A DNA stretch of 64,000 bases, taken from the NCBI GenBank assembly GCA_905178155.1, contig CAJINV010000015.1:2067730-2131729 (forward strand), read 5' to 3'. A program made the position numbers and the translations under genes. This document shows, piece by piece, positions 44,301 through 55,048 of the stretch; the stretch's first letter is position 1; each line of letters opens with the position of its first letter. The DNA comes from Amoebophrya sp. A120. Lineage: Eukaryota > Protista > Dinoflagellata. The notes below the pieces were generated by a model. It was given only the letters and a program-made list of their open reading frames with translations, made no database searches and was not told the origin of the DNA.

Positions 44301-47300
44301 CGAAAAACGTCTTCCACTTTGGGTCGTAGACCTCGTGCTTGATGAAATTTGGACACTCCGTCACTGTGGTTTGCACTTGTGTCGTGGATGGAGAAGTAGA
44401 AGCTGCCCCGAAAACTTTTGATTTCCTGTAAGGCAGGTTGTCCAGGACTTCCTCGTTGTTTAACTCTCCGTATGCTGTATGGCAGGAAAAAACTGGTGTT
44501 CCACTGTGAACTACAACTCGTGATGCAAAGAGTGCCTCACACACTGGCTGCGCAAGTGTTTGTCTTGCTAGTGATGCAAGCCACAAGGTAACAACTTTTA
44601 GCCGTGTTTACTTCCAAGATGGGAAAAAATGACAGAGCATGCCAGATTTTCTATGTCACGCGTAACGTCAAACTTTCGATGGTGTAGACCCTACTGCAGC
44701 ATCAAAATCATCACAGTATTAAACAGGTTCATTTATTTTTGTTCGATATTCCCAGAGTTGGCAGCACGCGTCTCGGTTGTAGAAATTTCCGAATGATTCC
44801 TTGAAGGCGGCGAGGAGCGGGTCGTTGGTGTCTTGCATCACAGCTTGATCGCCAGGAGTGCCGGTGCCATTACAAACTAGCTCCTTACAGTAAACCACAT
44901 CCGACGCGCCGACGTTGGAGAAGAGGAATTCCAACTATCCAGGAAAAAACACGACCCATCCCCAACATCCAATTTGTCATGCAAAACGCGCAGGAGTTCC
45001 AATGTTTGTCATGCAGAAAATGGATGGGAGTACGTGTTTTTTCCTGAGAAGTACCAATTCCGACTCCAAGTTCTTCACTTTCTTCTTCATAGACAGAAAC
45101 CCATGATTCCCAAACTCGTCTAGCGCGTACGCCTGTACCAGCGGCCATTGCTCGATGGATTTCCCGAAGACCCCGACGGATTTGGTGTAGGCTGTATGAT
45201 TTTTTCTGAATGTGATCAAGTCGTGAGGAGGACTCAGCTGGAGGTGATCGTGATTCTAGTACAACAAGCATGACAAGACTAGCGCATCCATCATGCGATG
45301 TTGAATCCCGCACGACAAAAAAAACTCAACTTTAACTCTAACTATATACCTTCCTTCGTCGGCAACACCTGGCTCCCGGGCTGCTCCGCGCCAAACCCTT
45401 CCGGATAGTTCAGCGCCTGGATGAAGGCCTTGATTTTGATCAAATCGTAGTCGTCCCCCAGTTTCCCTTCCCTGTACCCCTTCGGATCGTTCAGAAACTT
45501 CTCGTTGATGCACTCCAAGCGGCAGCTCCACTTATTCTCGCTTGCGTTGAAAACTTCCAGGTTGGGCCACAGACACATCATATGAAGTGCAAAAGTGTCG
45601 TGCTTTGCATTTATTGCTCTAGTAGTTGTGATTGCATTACAAATTAGCTCAGCACGAAAGAGACGTCAAACGGAATTTCTCATGCTGATTTAGCTTAGGT
45701 CAGCGTTATTTGTCGTGCATGCTTGCAATTACAACTACGACGACGATATTTTTGCACAGGATACATCACCTCATGCAGCTGCTCCGCGATGGTGTGATTC
45801 GGGGCGAAGACGAACGTTTTGGACATGTGCAGGATGTATCAAATGTAAAAATGTCTGGGTCTGGAAGAATGCAACTTGTCATGCTAAATCTGAAGCATGC
45901 AAAAATCTGTGTTGCATGACTACAGCCGTTCAGTTTTGACCAAGTCGGGAGGAAGTTTCTCATGCAGGATAGGCATGAGAGAGATCGCGCAGAATCTGTC
46001 ATGCTAGGTCCTGCATTCCAGACCTCATGGGTCACTCATGGAAAAGCTGCATGACAAATCGCGCATTGTTCCGGACCCAGACATTTTTACAATCCATAGG
46101 ATGATAAAAACCTATGAGAGTGCACAACTCGTCCCCCTCTCGTCCCTTACTTGTCATGCAAAATATTACCAAATCCACGCCCTGCCTCTTGGCACTGTTT
46201 GCATGGCAAGTTCTGGCAGCGTACATAGCACGACAAGAGCCCTGTTCAAATTTGTGATGCAAAAACTACACTCTTACTGACGCTTGTCTTGCTGTTCATG
46301 CCGTACAAATGAGGCGGAGGAGGAGTTCTCGTGCACTCGGATAAAACCTCATCCCAATCCGTCGTGCACGAGCCGAAGAGGTTTTTGAAGGTGTTTGAAG
46401 ATCCCCCGGTAGTTCCAAAAATACCCCCACCGACATAATTCTCCCCGTCCTTATCCAATGCAAATATGTCTGGGTCTGGAAAGAACCTGTGATGCATGTC
46501 AGTGAATGGAAGCCCAAGCATGTCTGTGCATGACAGATTTTTCCGTGCTGGCTTCGTGTTGCGTATTCTGCATGACAAACAGCGTTCTTGCATGACAGAC
46601 AAGAGGAGCTCTTGCTGCCCGCGCAAGACACAGCTCAGCGTCACACTCACAACATGCCAGACTAGCATGACAAATCTCGCATTCTTCCAGACCCAGACAT
46701 ATTTGCAATGCACAGTCCTTCTCCTCATCTTCGCCTTCCTCCTCTGTGCTTATGCTGTGCAGAAGTATCGTACTCGTACTAATTGCAAACATGCATTACA
46801 AATGTTTTTCCTAAGGCAAAACAGCATGACAAATTCCACTTTCCTTCTTGCCAAAATTTGTGATGCAATTTAATATACTAGTACGATACTTTAGCAATGC
46901 ATAGTGCTTTCCGTCAGCCCAAATTGCTCGTCAAAATCTGCCCACGGATCGTTATGTATTGCAAAAGTGTCTGGGTCTGGAAAGTTGGAACCTGTGATGC
47001 TACCTTTGGACTCTACATAAAATCTGTATTGCATGAACAGCATAAGAGGTGCAAATTGCGCTACACGGAGAGGGCATTTCTCATGCGGTATGAGCATCAA
47101 AAATCCCTCGCAGAGGTTCTGATGCTAGGGCATGCATCACAGACCTCGTGGGTCATGGAATATCTGCATGACAAACTTCTGCATTCTTCCAGACCCAGAC
47201 ATATTTATGTGCATTTGATAATCGTCCTCTCTGCTCAATTTCGGCTGCGGGGCCGGTTTCGCTTCTTTCACGCCGATCTTCTCCGCGTCCTTCAAATTAT

Positions 47301-50300
47301 AGGGCTTTTTGTGGACGAGAGCGGTGGCTGCACTAATTCCATTTCCAGACGGAAGAGCAGACTGATGATTTCCTCCATTACAACTCGTTCCGAAGGGAAT
47401 GTCATCGTAGCTGAGCTCCTCCAAAATCAGGTCCGGCCCGGTCTTCCCGAGTAGCGAGTAGAGAAAAACCAGCTCTTATCGCAAGAAAAAACTGTTTCAC
47501 TGTGAACTTGTGATGCATAGAATGGAAGACAGGACTATTTGTCTTGCTACACCAGCAAGACATCTGATTTTCAAACGTGTTCTCACTTGGGAAGCGAGCA
47601 TGGCAAACAAGGTCAGGGCACGGGGGCGGGGGCCCCCGTGCAGCGACCTTCCCGACATTTGCAGGACGTGGCGCACGTAGATACGTGGACAGCACGCCAG
47701 AAATTTCGAAACTTTGAGCTTGCTACCTATACTGAAAGCAAGAGGCCGGCCGCAGAGTCCCCGCGCTGACCTGCGGCGTTTGCGCCTGGGCCGTACGGCT
47801 CCCGGGAATCGCTTCCATCCAGCTGGCCCCTAGGTCATGACGCGGGGACAGAGTCCACACCGCGCTGACCTAGGGCTTTTGCCCCGGGGCCGTGTTCGGG
47901 AAGGGGAAGCGCTTGCAGCTGGCCCCTAGGTCATGGCGCGGGGACAGAGTCCCCGCGCTGACCTAGGGCTTTTGCCCCTGGGCCGCACGCTCGCTGTCCG
48001 GGAAGCGCTCAAAGCTGGCCCCTAGGTCATGGCGCGGGGACAGAGTCCCCGCGCTGACCTAGGGCTTTTGCCCCTGGGCCGCGCGCTCCCTCGCTGCCTG
48101 TCCGGGAAGCGCTTAAAGCTACCTAACCCCTAGGTCATGGCGCGGGGACCTGTCCCCGCGCTGACCTAGGGCTTTTACCCCTGGGCCATGCGGTGTCCGG
48201 GCCGGCAGGGTGGGCCCGTGACCACTAGGTAGCCCCTCCGTCATGTGGTGACGCTCGCTGGGACAGGGTCTCCCCGTTTGCCTAGGGGTTTGGCGCCCGG
48301 GCCATGGGGTGTTCCCTCCGGGATGCAGGCGCCCAAAGCTCGCCCCTCGGTCATGGCGCGGGCGCAGAGTCCTCGCGTTGGCCTTGGGCACTTGCCCGGC
48401 CGGCCGCGGGCCGTGCCAGCCTGCGGTGCCCGGGAGGCGCTCTCACATGTTTGGACGTGGCGCCACCGCGGGGGCCCATGCCCACATGGGGGCGGGACCG
48501 CCTACGGGGGTTCGGGAGATCCGCCTCCTGGAATGTTTGCGCGCCCGTCGCTCTCTGTGCCTGCGTGTTTGCGCCAAGCGGGCCCACTGCTGTGCTTGGT
48601 CTGGAATAAAAGCCGACGCGCCCGGCGTTCTTGGCCTGGGTGGTGGCGTGTATGAATAGAATAAAAGGAGCCCCCTGTGGCCCTTCTTTCCGTGTTATTT
48701 CTGTGCTATCTCTGCAGAAAAGCGCAGGGCCCATAGATACGCGCCCACCTTTCATTCTCAGTCGGGCGCGCGCTTGTTTTGTCGGCGCAGAAAAGGCACC
48801 CGCGTGGGGCTTGGTAGATCGGCGCGCCCGGAATGTCTACGCACGGGGCAAACCAACAGCAAACACATCCCAAGGCACGGCGGCGAGTGGGTTCGCGGGG
48901 TCCACCCCCCCGAGTGGGCCTGCTTATCTTTGTTGACACTCGCTGGCCATGCCATTCGGAGTCGCGTCCGAACGCGCCCGGGGTCTGTTCGGGGACGATG
49001 TGTCCGGCTTGTATTTCCCCGAGGTGTGTTCGGGAGTGTGCCCCGGGGTTTGCCTGGGGTGTGTCGGATGTTTGTGTGTGTGTGTGTGTCGGGGGTGTGG
49101 GCCGGGGGTGTGTCTGGGGTGTGTCTGGGGTGTGTCTGGGGTGTGTCTGGGGTGTGTCCGGGGTGTGTTCGGGGTGTGGGTTGTAAATTGCAAATCACGA
49201 TGCTACGCACCCACTTTGCATACCCCAGAACACACCCCAAAGCTTCAGCAGTTCTTGTCGGGGGGGTGTGTCGGGGGTGTGTCTGGGGTGTGTCGGGGGT
49301 GTGTCTGGGGTATGTTTTGGGGTGTGGCCTGCAAATTACGAATCCCGATGCTATGCAGCCACTTTGCATACCCCAGAACATACCCCAAAGCTTCAAAAGT
49401 TCTGGTTTGCTGCAGTCTAAATAGTAATTGTCCGTGTCATGTGTAGCAAACTTGTGATGCAGATCTTGCAAGATCATCACAGTGAAACCTTTTTTTCGCG
49501 AGATAGCTCTGATCCCCGGTGGCTTCTCCCATCACTGCCAATATCAAATGTAAAAATGGCTGGGTCTGGAAACTTGTGATGCTGCGTGGCGTCTCATGAT
49601 GAGGCCACAAATGCTGGCTCAGCATGAGAAGTTTCTGAGCTTCTACGTGTTGCCTATTCTGCATGACAAACTGCGTTCCTGCATCACAGAAAAATGGAGC
49701 TCTCGGGTAACGTGCATGACAGATTTAAGAGTCATGCCAGACAAGCAAAAGCATGACAAACATGCATTCTTCCAGACCCAGACATTTTTGCATTTGATAG
49801 CCAAGGAGGATGATCAATGCGTCGTCGTTATCCTGAGCCAAAACGTCGTCCCCACGACCCAGTAGTTGTCAACATGCAGATCTGCATCATGCTAAGGAAG
49901 TCTGTCATGCGGAACCCCATGAAGGGCATTTTCTGATGGCTTTGTAAAAATTGCTATGCTAGAATCAGGATGAGCAGATCGATTTGTGTTGATGCGGCTT
50001 CACTACAACTAGCTCCTTCTGAACGCGATGTATTTTACACTGCACGTGCAAGCGAAAAGTTGTCATGCGCAACAGCCAAACCTCGTTCGATTTGTGTTGC
50101 TAAGTTTCCAACTTGAATCTGGGGTACGGATGGACGTTTTCACACGGAATAGCAGTCGGCATCGAGGCGGAGTTGGTGGAGTGCGTAGCATATGAACTGC
50201 AAAAGTATCGTGCTCGTATTGCAGTCATGCATTACAAATCTTGTTCTTACACTAAATCCGCATTACAAATTTTATTTTTCATGCTGAGGAAATTTGTAAC

Positions 50301-50404
50301 GCATTTATACTTACGAGTACGATACTTTTGCAGTTCATATAGCACCGGTTCCGAGAGGACACCGGGTCCAAAAATTTGAAAGCCTTCTTGGTACTGTCGG
50401 TCAT
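38338..50404 (-). CDS. DNAAF9: Dynein axonemal assembly factor 9 (Shulin / C20orf194) homologue; ~21 TIR introns plus a few other introns
   Basis: Reconstructed DALIILLGSDGRSHRGSELVFLYSLLG, WDEVFIIL..CLWPNLEVF, IEQWPLVQAYALDEFGNHGFLSMK and C-terminal LPDGWHFDGDYYVNFQG..HPEWDQ match my recollection of DNAAF9 motifs (GILCILGIDSRYNEG, EKWPIVQAFAL..GFFTMK, LPAGYFYNGTQFVNFFG..HP). Confidence 0.85.
39173..39434. mobile_element. Family-A TIR introner
   Basis: TSD CCGGC/CCGGT. Confidence 0.92.
39490..39715. mobile_element. Family-D TIR introner
   Basis: TSD TCGGA/TCGGA. Confidence 0.93.
40472..40736. mobile_element. Family-A TIR introner
   Basis: TSD CGTGT/CGTGT. Confidence 0.92.
40794..41179. mobile_element. 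Family-I TIR introner with nested 206-bp insertion (40887-41092)
   Basis: Matches 6453-6613; TSD GGGGT/GGCGT; nested insert flanked by 16-bp duplication AATGCTATGCATGACA. Confidence 0.9.
41399..41667. mobile_element. Family-A TIR introner with diverged flanks
   Basis: Intact TIRs; flanks CGAGT/CAAAC; frame RELF|GVEE restored. Confidence 0.85.
41731..41991. mobile_element. Highly degenerate family-D-like intron
   Basis: Residual TGTAACGTTTGAGA end and GCATGACAA motifs; ACCGA on both sides; exact boundaries not resolved. Confidence 0.5.
42065..42392. mobile_element. Family-G TIR introner
   Basis: Homologous to 26270-26575; TSD TCGGC/TCGGC. Confidence 0.92.
42429..42581. mobile_element. Family-B TIR introner
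   Basis: TSD TCGCA/TCGCA. Confidence 0.93.
42758..43065. mobile_element. Family-C TIR introner
   Basis: TSD TCCCA/TCCCA. Confidence 0.93.
43858..44013. mobile_element. Family-B TIR introner
   Basis: TSD CCCCA/CCCCA. Confidence 0.93.
44478..44748. mobile_element. Degenerate family-E-like introner
   Basis: TATGGCAGGAAAAAACTGG...TTTTTGTTCGATA; TSD lost; frame QLWE|YGEL restored. Confidence 0.65.
44936..45053. mobile_element. Family-F TIR introner
   Basis: TATCCAGGAAAAAACACG...CGTGTTTTTTCCTGAGAAGTA; TSD CCAAC/CCAAT. Confidence 0.85.
45581..45763. mobile_element. Family-B TIR introner
   Basis: TSD CATCA/CATCA. Confidence 0.9.
45837..46098. mobile_element. Family-A TIR introner
   Basis: TSD GGATG/GGATG. 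Confidence 0.93.
46113..46343. mobile_element. Family-J TIR introner
   Basis: TSD AAACC/AAACC. Confidence 0.9.
46452..46714. mobile_element. Family-A TIR introner (right end ACA)
   Basis: TSD GTCCT/GTCCT. Confidence 0.9.
46751..46903. mobile_element. Family-B TIR introner
   Basis: TSD GTGCT/GTGCT. Confidence 0.92.
46953..47220. mobile_element. Family-A TIR introner
   Basis: TSD ATCGT/ATCGT. Confidence 0.92.
47477..49505. mobile_element. Family-E TIR introner expanded to 2.0 kb by a nested element
   Basis: Halves match the reverse complement of 18952-19160; TSD GCTCT/GCTCT. Confidence 0.92.
47608..49427 (-). mobile_element. Nested 1.8-kb hairpin-ended element with internal minisatellites (Helitron/Helentron-like)
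   Basis: 10-bp stem GCACGGGGGC/GCCCCCGTGC at 47618-47641; ~5 palindromic 70-90-bp repeats at ~47750-48185; (GGGGTGTGTCT)n at ~49105-49325. Confidence 0.65.
49542..49799. mobile_element. Family-A TIR introner
   Basis: TSD GCCAA/GCCAA. Confidence 0.93.
50191..50339. mobile_element. Family-B TIR introner
   Basis: TATGAACTGCAAAAGTATCG perfect TIR; TSD TAGCA/TAGCA. Confidence 0.94.
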
Positions 50405-51031
50405 GTTCTTGTGGGCTCAGTTTTTTTTTTTTTTACTGTTGGTTCTAGAACAGGGTGAAATACTGCGGTCACGAAAATTTACAGAGAATGACGAGAAATA
50501 ACGCTAAAAGACCATCCTGCTCGTCGGAATAACCACCGGCAACTTGTTCATCTACGGACCGCCCCACAAATTATAGCTCTTTTGCTTGGAGGATTTGCAA
50601 AAAATCTCTCTCATATCTCGTCTTTTTCTCACTCTCACATTATTTCCAAAGACATTTCCAGTACTCGCAAGCGCCTTTTCGCTTACCTGCTATAGTACAA
50701 TGGTCGTGAATAAATTGGCTCACTTTGAGGAGGGTAGATGCAGGCATGCGAAACTTTTTGCTCGAAGCCTTCGCTTTGGACCAATCACTTTGGACTTCTT
50801 GCTGCGAGAACTCAGTCGCACGACTCAGTTATGGCTTACTGCTAAAGGTGAACAACGAACTACCCCCTGCTCGTCCCCCGCCACTGAGATAAAATTAAAA
50901 ACAATTCCAATTCCTCTAAATCGAAAATAAATCCTGGAAGAACTACTTGTGTCGCCTGGGCCTCTGGTGCCGTGTGGTTCCGGAAGTGGATCAACATGCG
51001 GCGCCGTGAACAAACATGAAATGAAGCAGTA

Positions 51032-51420
51032 TATCCTGTGCAAAAGTATCGCACTCGTAGTAATTGCAAACATGCATTACAAATCCAGTTCCTAAGCAAA
51101 ATCCGCATTGCAGATTTCGTTTCTCATGCTGAGGAAATTTGTGAGAGCGGGGTAACAAAATAAAAAAAGAGGGCCGCGGGGAACCTCTTGTCCACCCGGC
51201 CGGGTGGACAAGAGGTTCCCCCCTTTCGCTGCCGGAGCGGCCGGCTCGCAGAGGTCCCCGCCCCCGCGTCGCCATGTCGGATCTCCCCCCTCGTCGTCGT
51301 CCGCCGCTCGCCGGGTGCGGAGATCCGACGTGGCAACGCGGAGGGGGACCTCGGCGAGCCGGCTGCCCCGGCAGCGAAAGGGGCAACATTTATACGAGTA
51401 TGATACTTTTGCAATGCCTA
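51032..51420. mobile_element. Family-B TIR element with nested double-hairpin insert (~51144-51387)
   Basis: TSD CAGTA/CAGTA; 44-bp perfect palindrome at 51178-51221. Confidence 0.88.
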
Positions 51421-52115
51421 CAGTATGTACAAGGACAACAGTTAAGGTTAACAAGAGCGCAGCACTGCTCGCCAGTTGAGATGAACTACCCGCCCGCTCA
51501 AGAGGAGCGACCAACTACTGCAGGTGCTATTGACACTTCTACACCGAACTCAAGAAATCTTCTTCTAGATGAGCGCCATGCTTCATCTGGGTCGTGAAAG
51601 TCTTCTCTTTCATACCAAACGAAAAAATCCACCACAGCCAAAATTTCAAATTTTTTCTTTTCCGATTGGACTGGCAGCTGCGGGTGCTCGAGCTGGAGCA
51701 CTCTTGGTCTCCTGCGTGTTCCCTGGCCGGAGCGAGGATTGCGGGGGACTGGACCTGCAGGCGACCTCCCCAACCAACGCTGCGCTGCCGAAATAATGGC
51801 GGCCTGTCAAACTTAAGAAACTTACCACAGGCAAAAAGCGCGGGAAGTGCGAGGGGCCTGTAGCCCTTCCGACTAGGGCGATAGAAGGGTGTCAGACAGA
51901 AAAACGAGACGGCCCCCAGAGGCTGCCAGGTGCGGTTTTCCCGCCTTCGGCCTTACGGGCCAGCAGCTTCCCCAAAAATCCGCCACACCAGACAACTGCA
52001 CACCTTCAGGAGGTGTCCGGTGCTGCTGTGGCGGATTTTTGGGGAACCCTTCCGCCGATGCTATGGCCTTCCCCCAAAAATCCGCCACAGCAGCACAGAG
52101 CACCCCGTTGGAGCA

Positions 52116-52240
52116 CCCCTCAACAGGCTTACAATCTGCCTCACTTGCCTACTATGCAAGGCAGGCACTTTGTGGGTTGCATTTTATGCATCGCAAACTA
52201 TTTGTTCAACTTTGACGATTTCGATCCTGACAGTTCCATA
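52116..52240. mobile_element. Right half of a family-C element; left half replaced by GC-rich block ~51612-52115
   Basis: ...CGATTTCGATCCTGACAGTTCCATA; no partner TIR found; CCCAAAAATCCGCCACA direct and inverted repeats at 51971-52090. Confidence 0.7.
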
Positions 52241-53569
52241 ACCTGCACCAGAACCGTCTTCCAACAAGGAGCCCTGCGCCCACGCCTGCAGGTCACCCGA
52301 TTGTTCCGATTGCGCCAACGTCCGCACTTGCTCTGTTGTAGCTGCGTCAAGATCTTCCGTTTGCTCATCGTCAACATCATCTTCTGCTCGGCGGCGGGAC
52401 AAGAATTTCCTGGTTTGATGTTTCGAGGGCCTCGGCGTCTTCATCGTGTGTAAAAACGTGCCCATTCCAGAACTGTCATGCAGATTTACCATAGCGGGAA
52501 CGTTTGTGATGCGGCATTTCCAGTCGTTTGTAGGAATTTGCATGCGAAACTTTTTGTTCCAAGCCTTCGCTTTGGACCAATGACTTTGGGCTCCTTGATG
52601 CGGCAAGAACTCAGTTTCCACAACAAATCTTCATCTTCTTCTAGATGTTGAGTGCCATGCTTCATCTCAGTCATGAAAGTCTTCTGCTCTTTCATCATCT
52701 GCATTTTTGGAAAAGTGTCTGGGTGCGACAAGAATTCTTGCACAAAACTTCAAGTTCAATCTTCGAAGATCAGCATAAGAAAACAACCTCGACCTGGAGC
52801 TGGACCTCCAAGAAAATAGGTACTATAAACACGACGTTGCAGAGCTACAAAGTTGGAAGTATACCGGTATGAAATGACCCAGCAGCGCCTTCTTCGCGGT
52901 GTTATTGTTCAACGGGCCGAGAGGTCCTAGTACCGATATCAGGATTTCTGACAAGAACCCCTCGACGGAAAAAGGGGTGACCGACTCAGACAGCAAAAAA
53001 AGTGGACGACGAGTTCTTGCAGCACTAGTAGAAGTCAAGTGGAAATCATGATTTGCAATAGTAGAAGTCGACGACTTCATCTTGCACTAGTGGAAGTGGT
53101 GAACGAGTTGCACTCGTCACACAAAAACCGAAGAAACCGCGTGGAAGTTGTAGCTGTAGATACCGAGTAATTTTGAAAAATAAAACTCCACAAGATGTCT
53201 TGACTCATCTCGTCGAGTGCAAGTAGGTCGTGGCTCTACTTGATGTGTCTGTGTCCGGTTTAATATTGTCTATAATACCTGGACCTGTTCTTGTGACCGG
53301 ACGAGGTAGATCTAGATCCGCTTCCGTTCGTACTCAAAAATCCGCTGCCAGAAGGCTCGCGCAAGGGCCAACCTGGGGCACATACAAACACACAAAAATC
53401 GGAAGAAGCGATGGCATTGAGCGCTCGGAACTATCCCAGCCGGAGGCCCTACAGGCCCGGTCGCTGTGCATCACCTTCCGCGCGCGGCCCAATAGCGACC
53501 ACGTGGCTGGCAATATTGCTTCACAAAGGCGACGGATGGGCTACATGGAAGTCCCTTCTTGCCATTTCT

Positions 53570-53875
53570 GACCCACCCCGGGCTTGGGCCTCGCGCTAAG
53601 GTCTCCCGTCCACTTGGCTTTCTGCTGACTCTTTCTTGGAATTTTTTTGGATTTCTGAGAACTTTTTCTCGGAATTCTGTTGGAATTTTTCTTGGATTTT
53701 CTGGAATTTGTCGGGAATTCATTTGGAATTTCCCCAGCCACGACGCTATGACGAAATTCCAAAAAAAATTCTGACAAATGTCAAACAAAAGGTTGACAAA
53801 TTTCCAACAAACGTCAGACGCGAATGCAACAGGCCCGCGACCTTGGTCGCAACCTAGGTCGGGACCAGGGTCACA
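53570..53875. repeat. Degenerate ~11-bp GGAATTTT repeat tract ending in a hairpin; probable element remnant
   Basis: GGAATTT(T/C) repeats at 53638-53732; GACCTTGGTC..GACCAGGGTC at 53839-53872. Confidence 0.5.
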
Positions 53876-54553
53876 CAATACCAAAGGACGAACAAATACC
53901 CCAAATCTGCGCCATGCTTCATCTCAGTCGTGAAAGTCTTCTCCTTCATCTTCTGCATTGGAAAACAAGTGTCTGGGTCTGGAAATCTGCAATACTGATC
54001 GCTCCCTGAGTAGAAGATGCTTACTTCCATAAGTAGTCTAGCATGACAAAGTTTTAGCTGGAAGATTGTAAATAAATGAATGTGATACAAAATGAAAATC
54101 GAAAGTCACTGTTGTAAAAAGTAAATAAAAGAGTCGTAGTCATTGAATGCTTCAAGACGAAAGAATTGAATAGAGCAAATAGAAAAAGTAGAATATGAAA
54201 TCGAATGGAAGAATATGTTGAAGTTGAAAATCAAAATGCTTCTGTAATAATAGTAAACAAAATTGAATATGAGTTTGAAATTTAATTTCCGAAAGATACA
54301 GAAACAGACGGAAGGCGTCGTGGAATAAACGAAAGCATTCTTCTTCTTCTTTCTTGTTCATGATGTCCATCTTTCCTCCCTGCTCTTCTCTTTCCCTCCA
54401 CTTGAATGCTTGTGCTTGCTCTTCTACTTGCTGTTGCTTCAGCTGCTCCCGCAGAGGAAGGAACATATAAAAAAATAGGCAATAATTTTTTTTTCGAAAA
54501 GCAGCATCCTCACTCACCGTTGTCGTACTTTTCTGCACGGAAGGCAGTAAATG

Positions 54554-54882
54554 TATGGAAGCGTCAGGTTTGAAATCGTCAAAGTTGAAATAATTTGTAA
54601 TCCATAAAATGCCTTAGCCTTTTCCAAGCTGGAACCCAGTTTCTTCCAAGTGGCGCGTGACGACTTTCGGCGGTCCCTAAATCCAGTTTGTCATGCTGTT
54701 TAGGCAAAGAAAAGTGATTTTCTCATGCTACTTTAGCAGCTCGAGCTGTAACGACCCCAAACAGGCTTACAATCGGCGCCACTTGCCTGCTCTGCAACAC
54801 ACGTACGTACCTCGGGCCATGCATTTTATGCGTGCCAAATTATTTCAAGAACTGTGTCGATTTCAATCCTGACACATCCATA
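54554..54882. mobile_element. Family-C TIR element downstream of a stop codon (3' UTR or intergenic)
   Basis: TSD AAATG/AAATA. Confidence 0.9.
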
Positions 54883-55048
54883 AAATAATGGCTGAAGACG
54901 CTACAGCTACAACTGGTCGTGACCAAATGTCGCGGAAATTCGTGCTCACAACCTCCATCTGCAGCTATAAGGTGGATTTATTTCACCGTGTTAGAAGTGC
55001 TCCTCATCTTCCTTCGTCCGTTCAAAGGTGGTTTTGCTTTTGGAGAAG

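Larger units (their letters stand above)
50740..53990 (-). pseudogene. Rearranged duplicated fragments related to the 55049-59772 gene (best piece 52241-52743; others ~50740-50830, ~51555-51612, ~53900-53990)
   Basis: QIPTNDWKCRI..LDAATT.QVRTLAQSE..LLEDGSGA shared with 56670-57230; short repeated segments interrupted by insertions. Confidence 0.6.
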
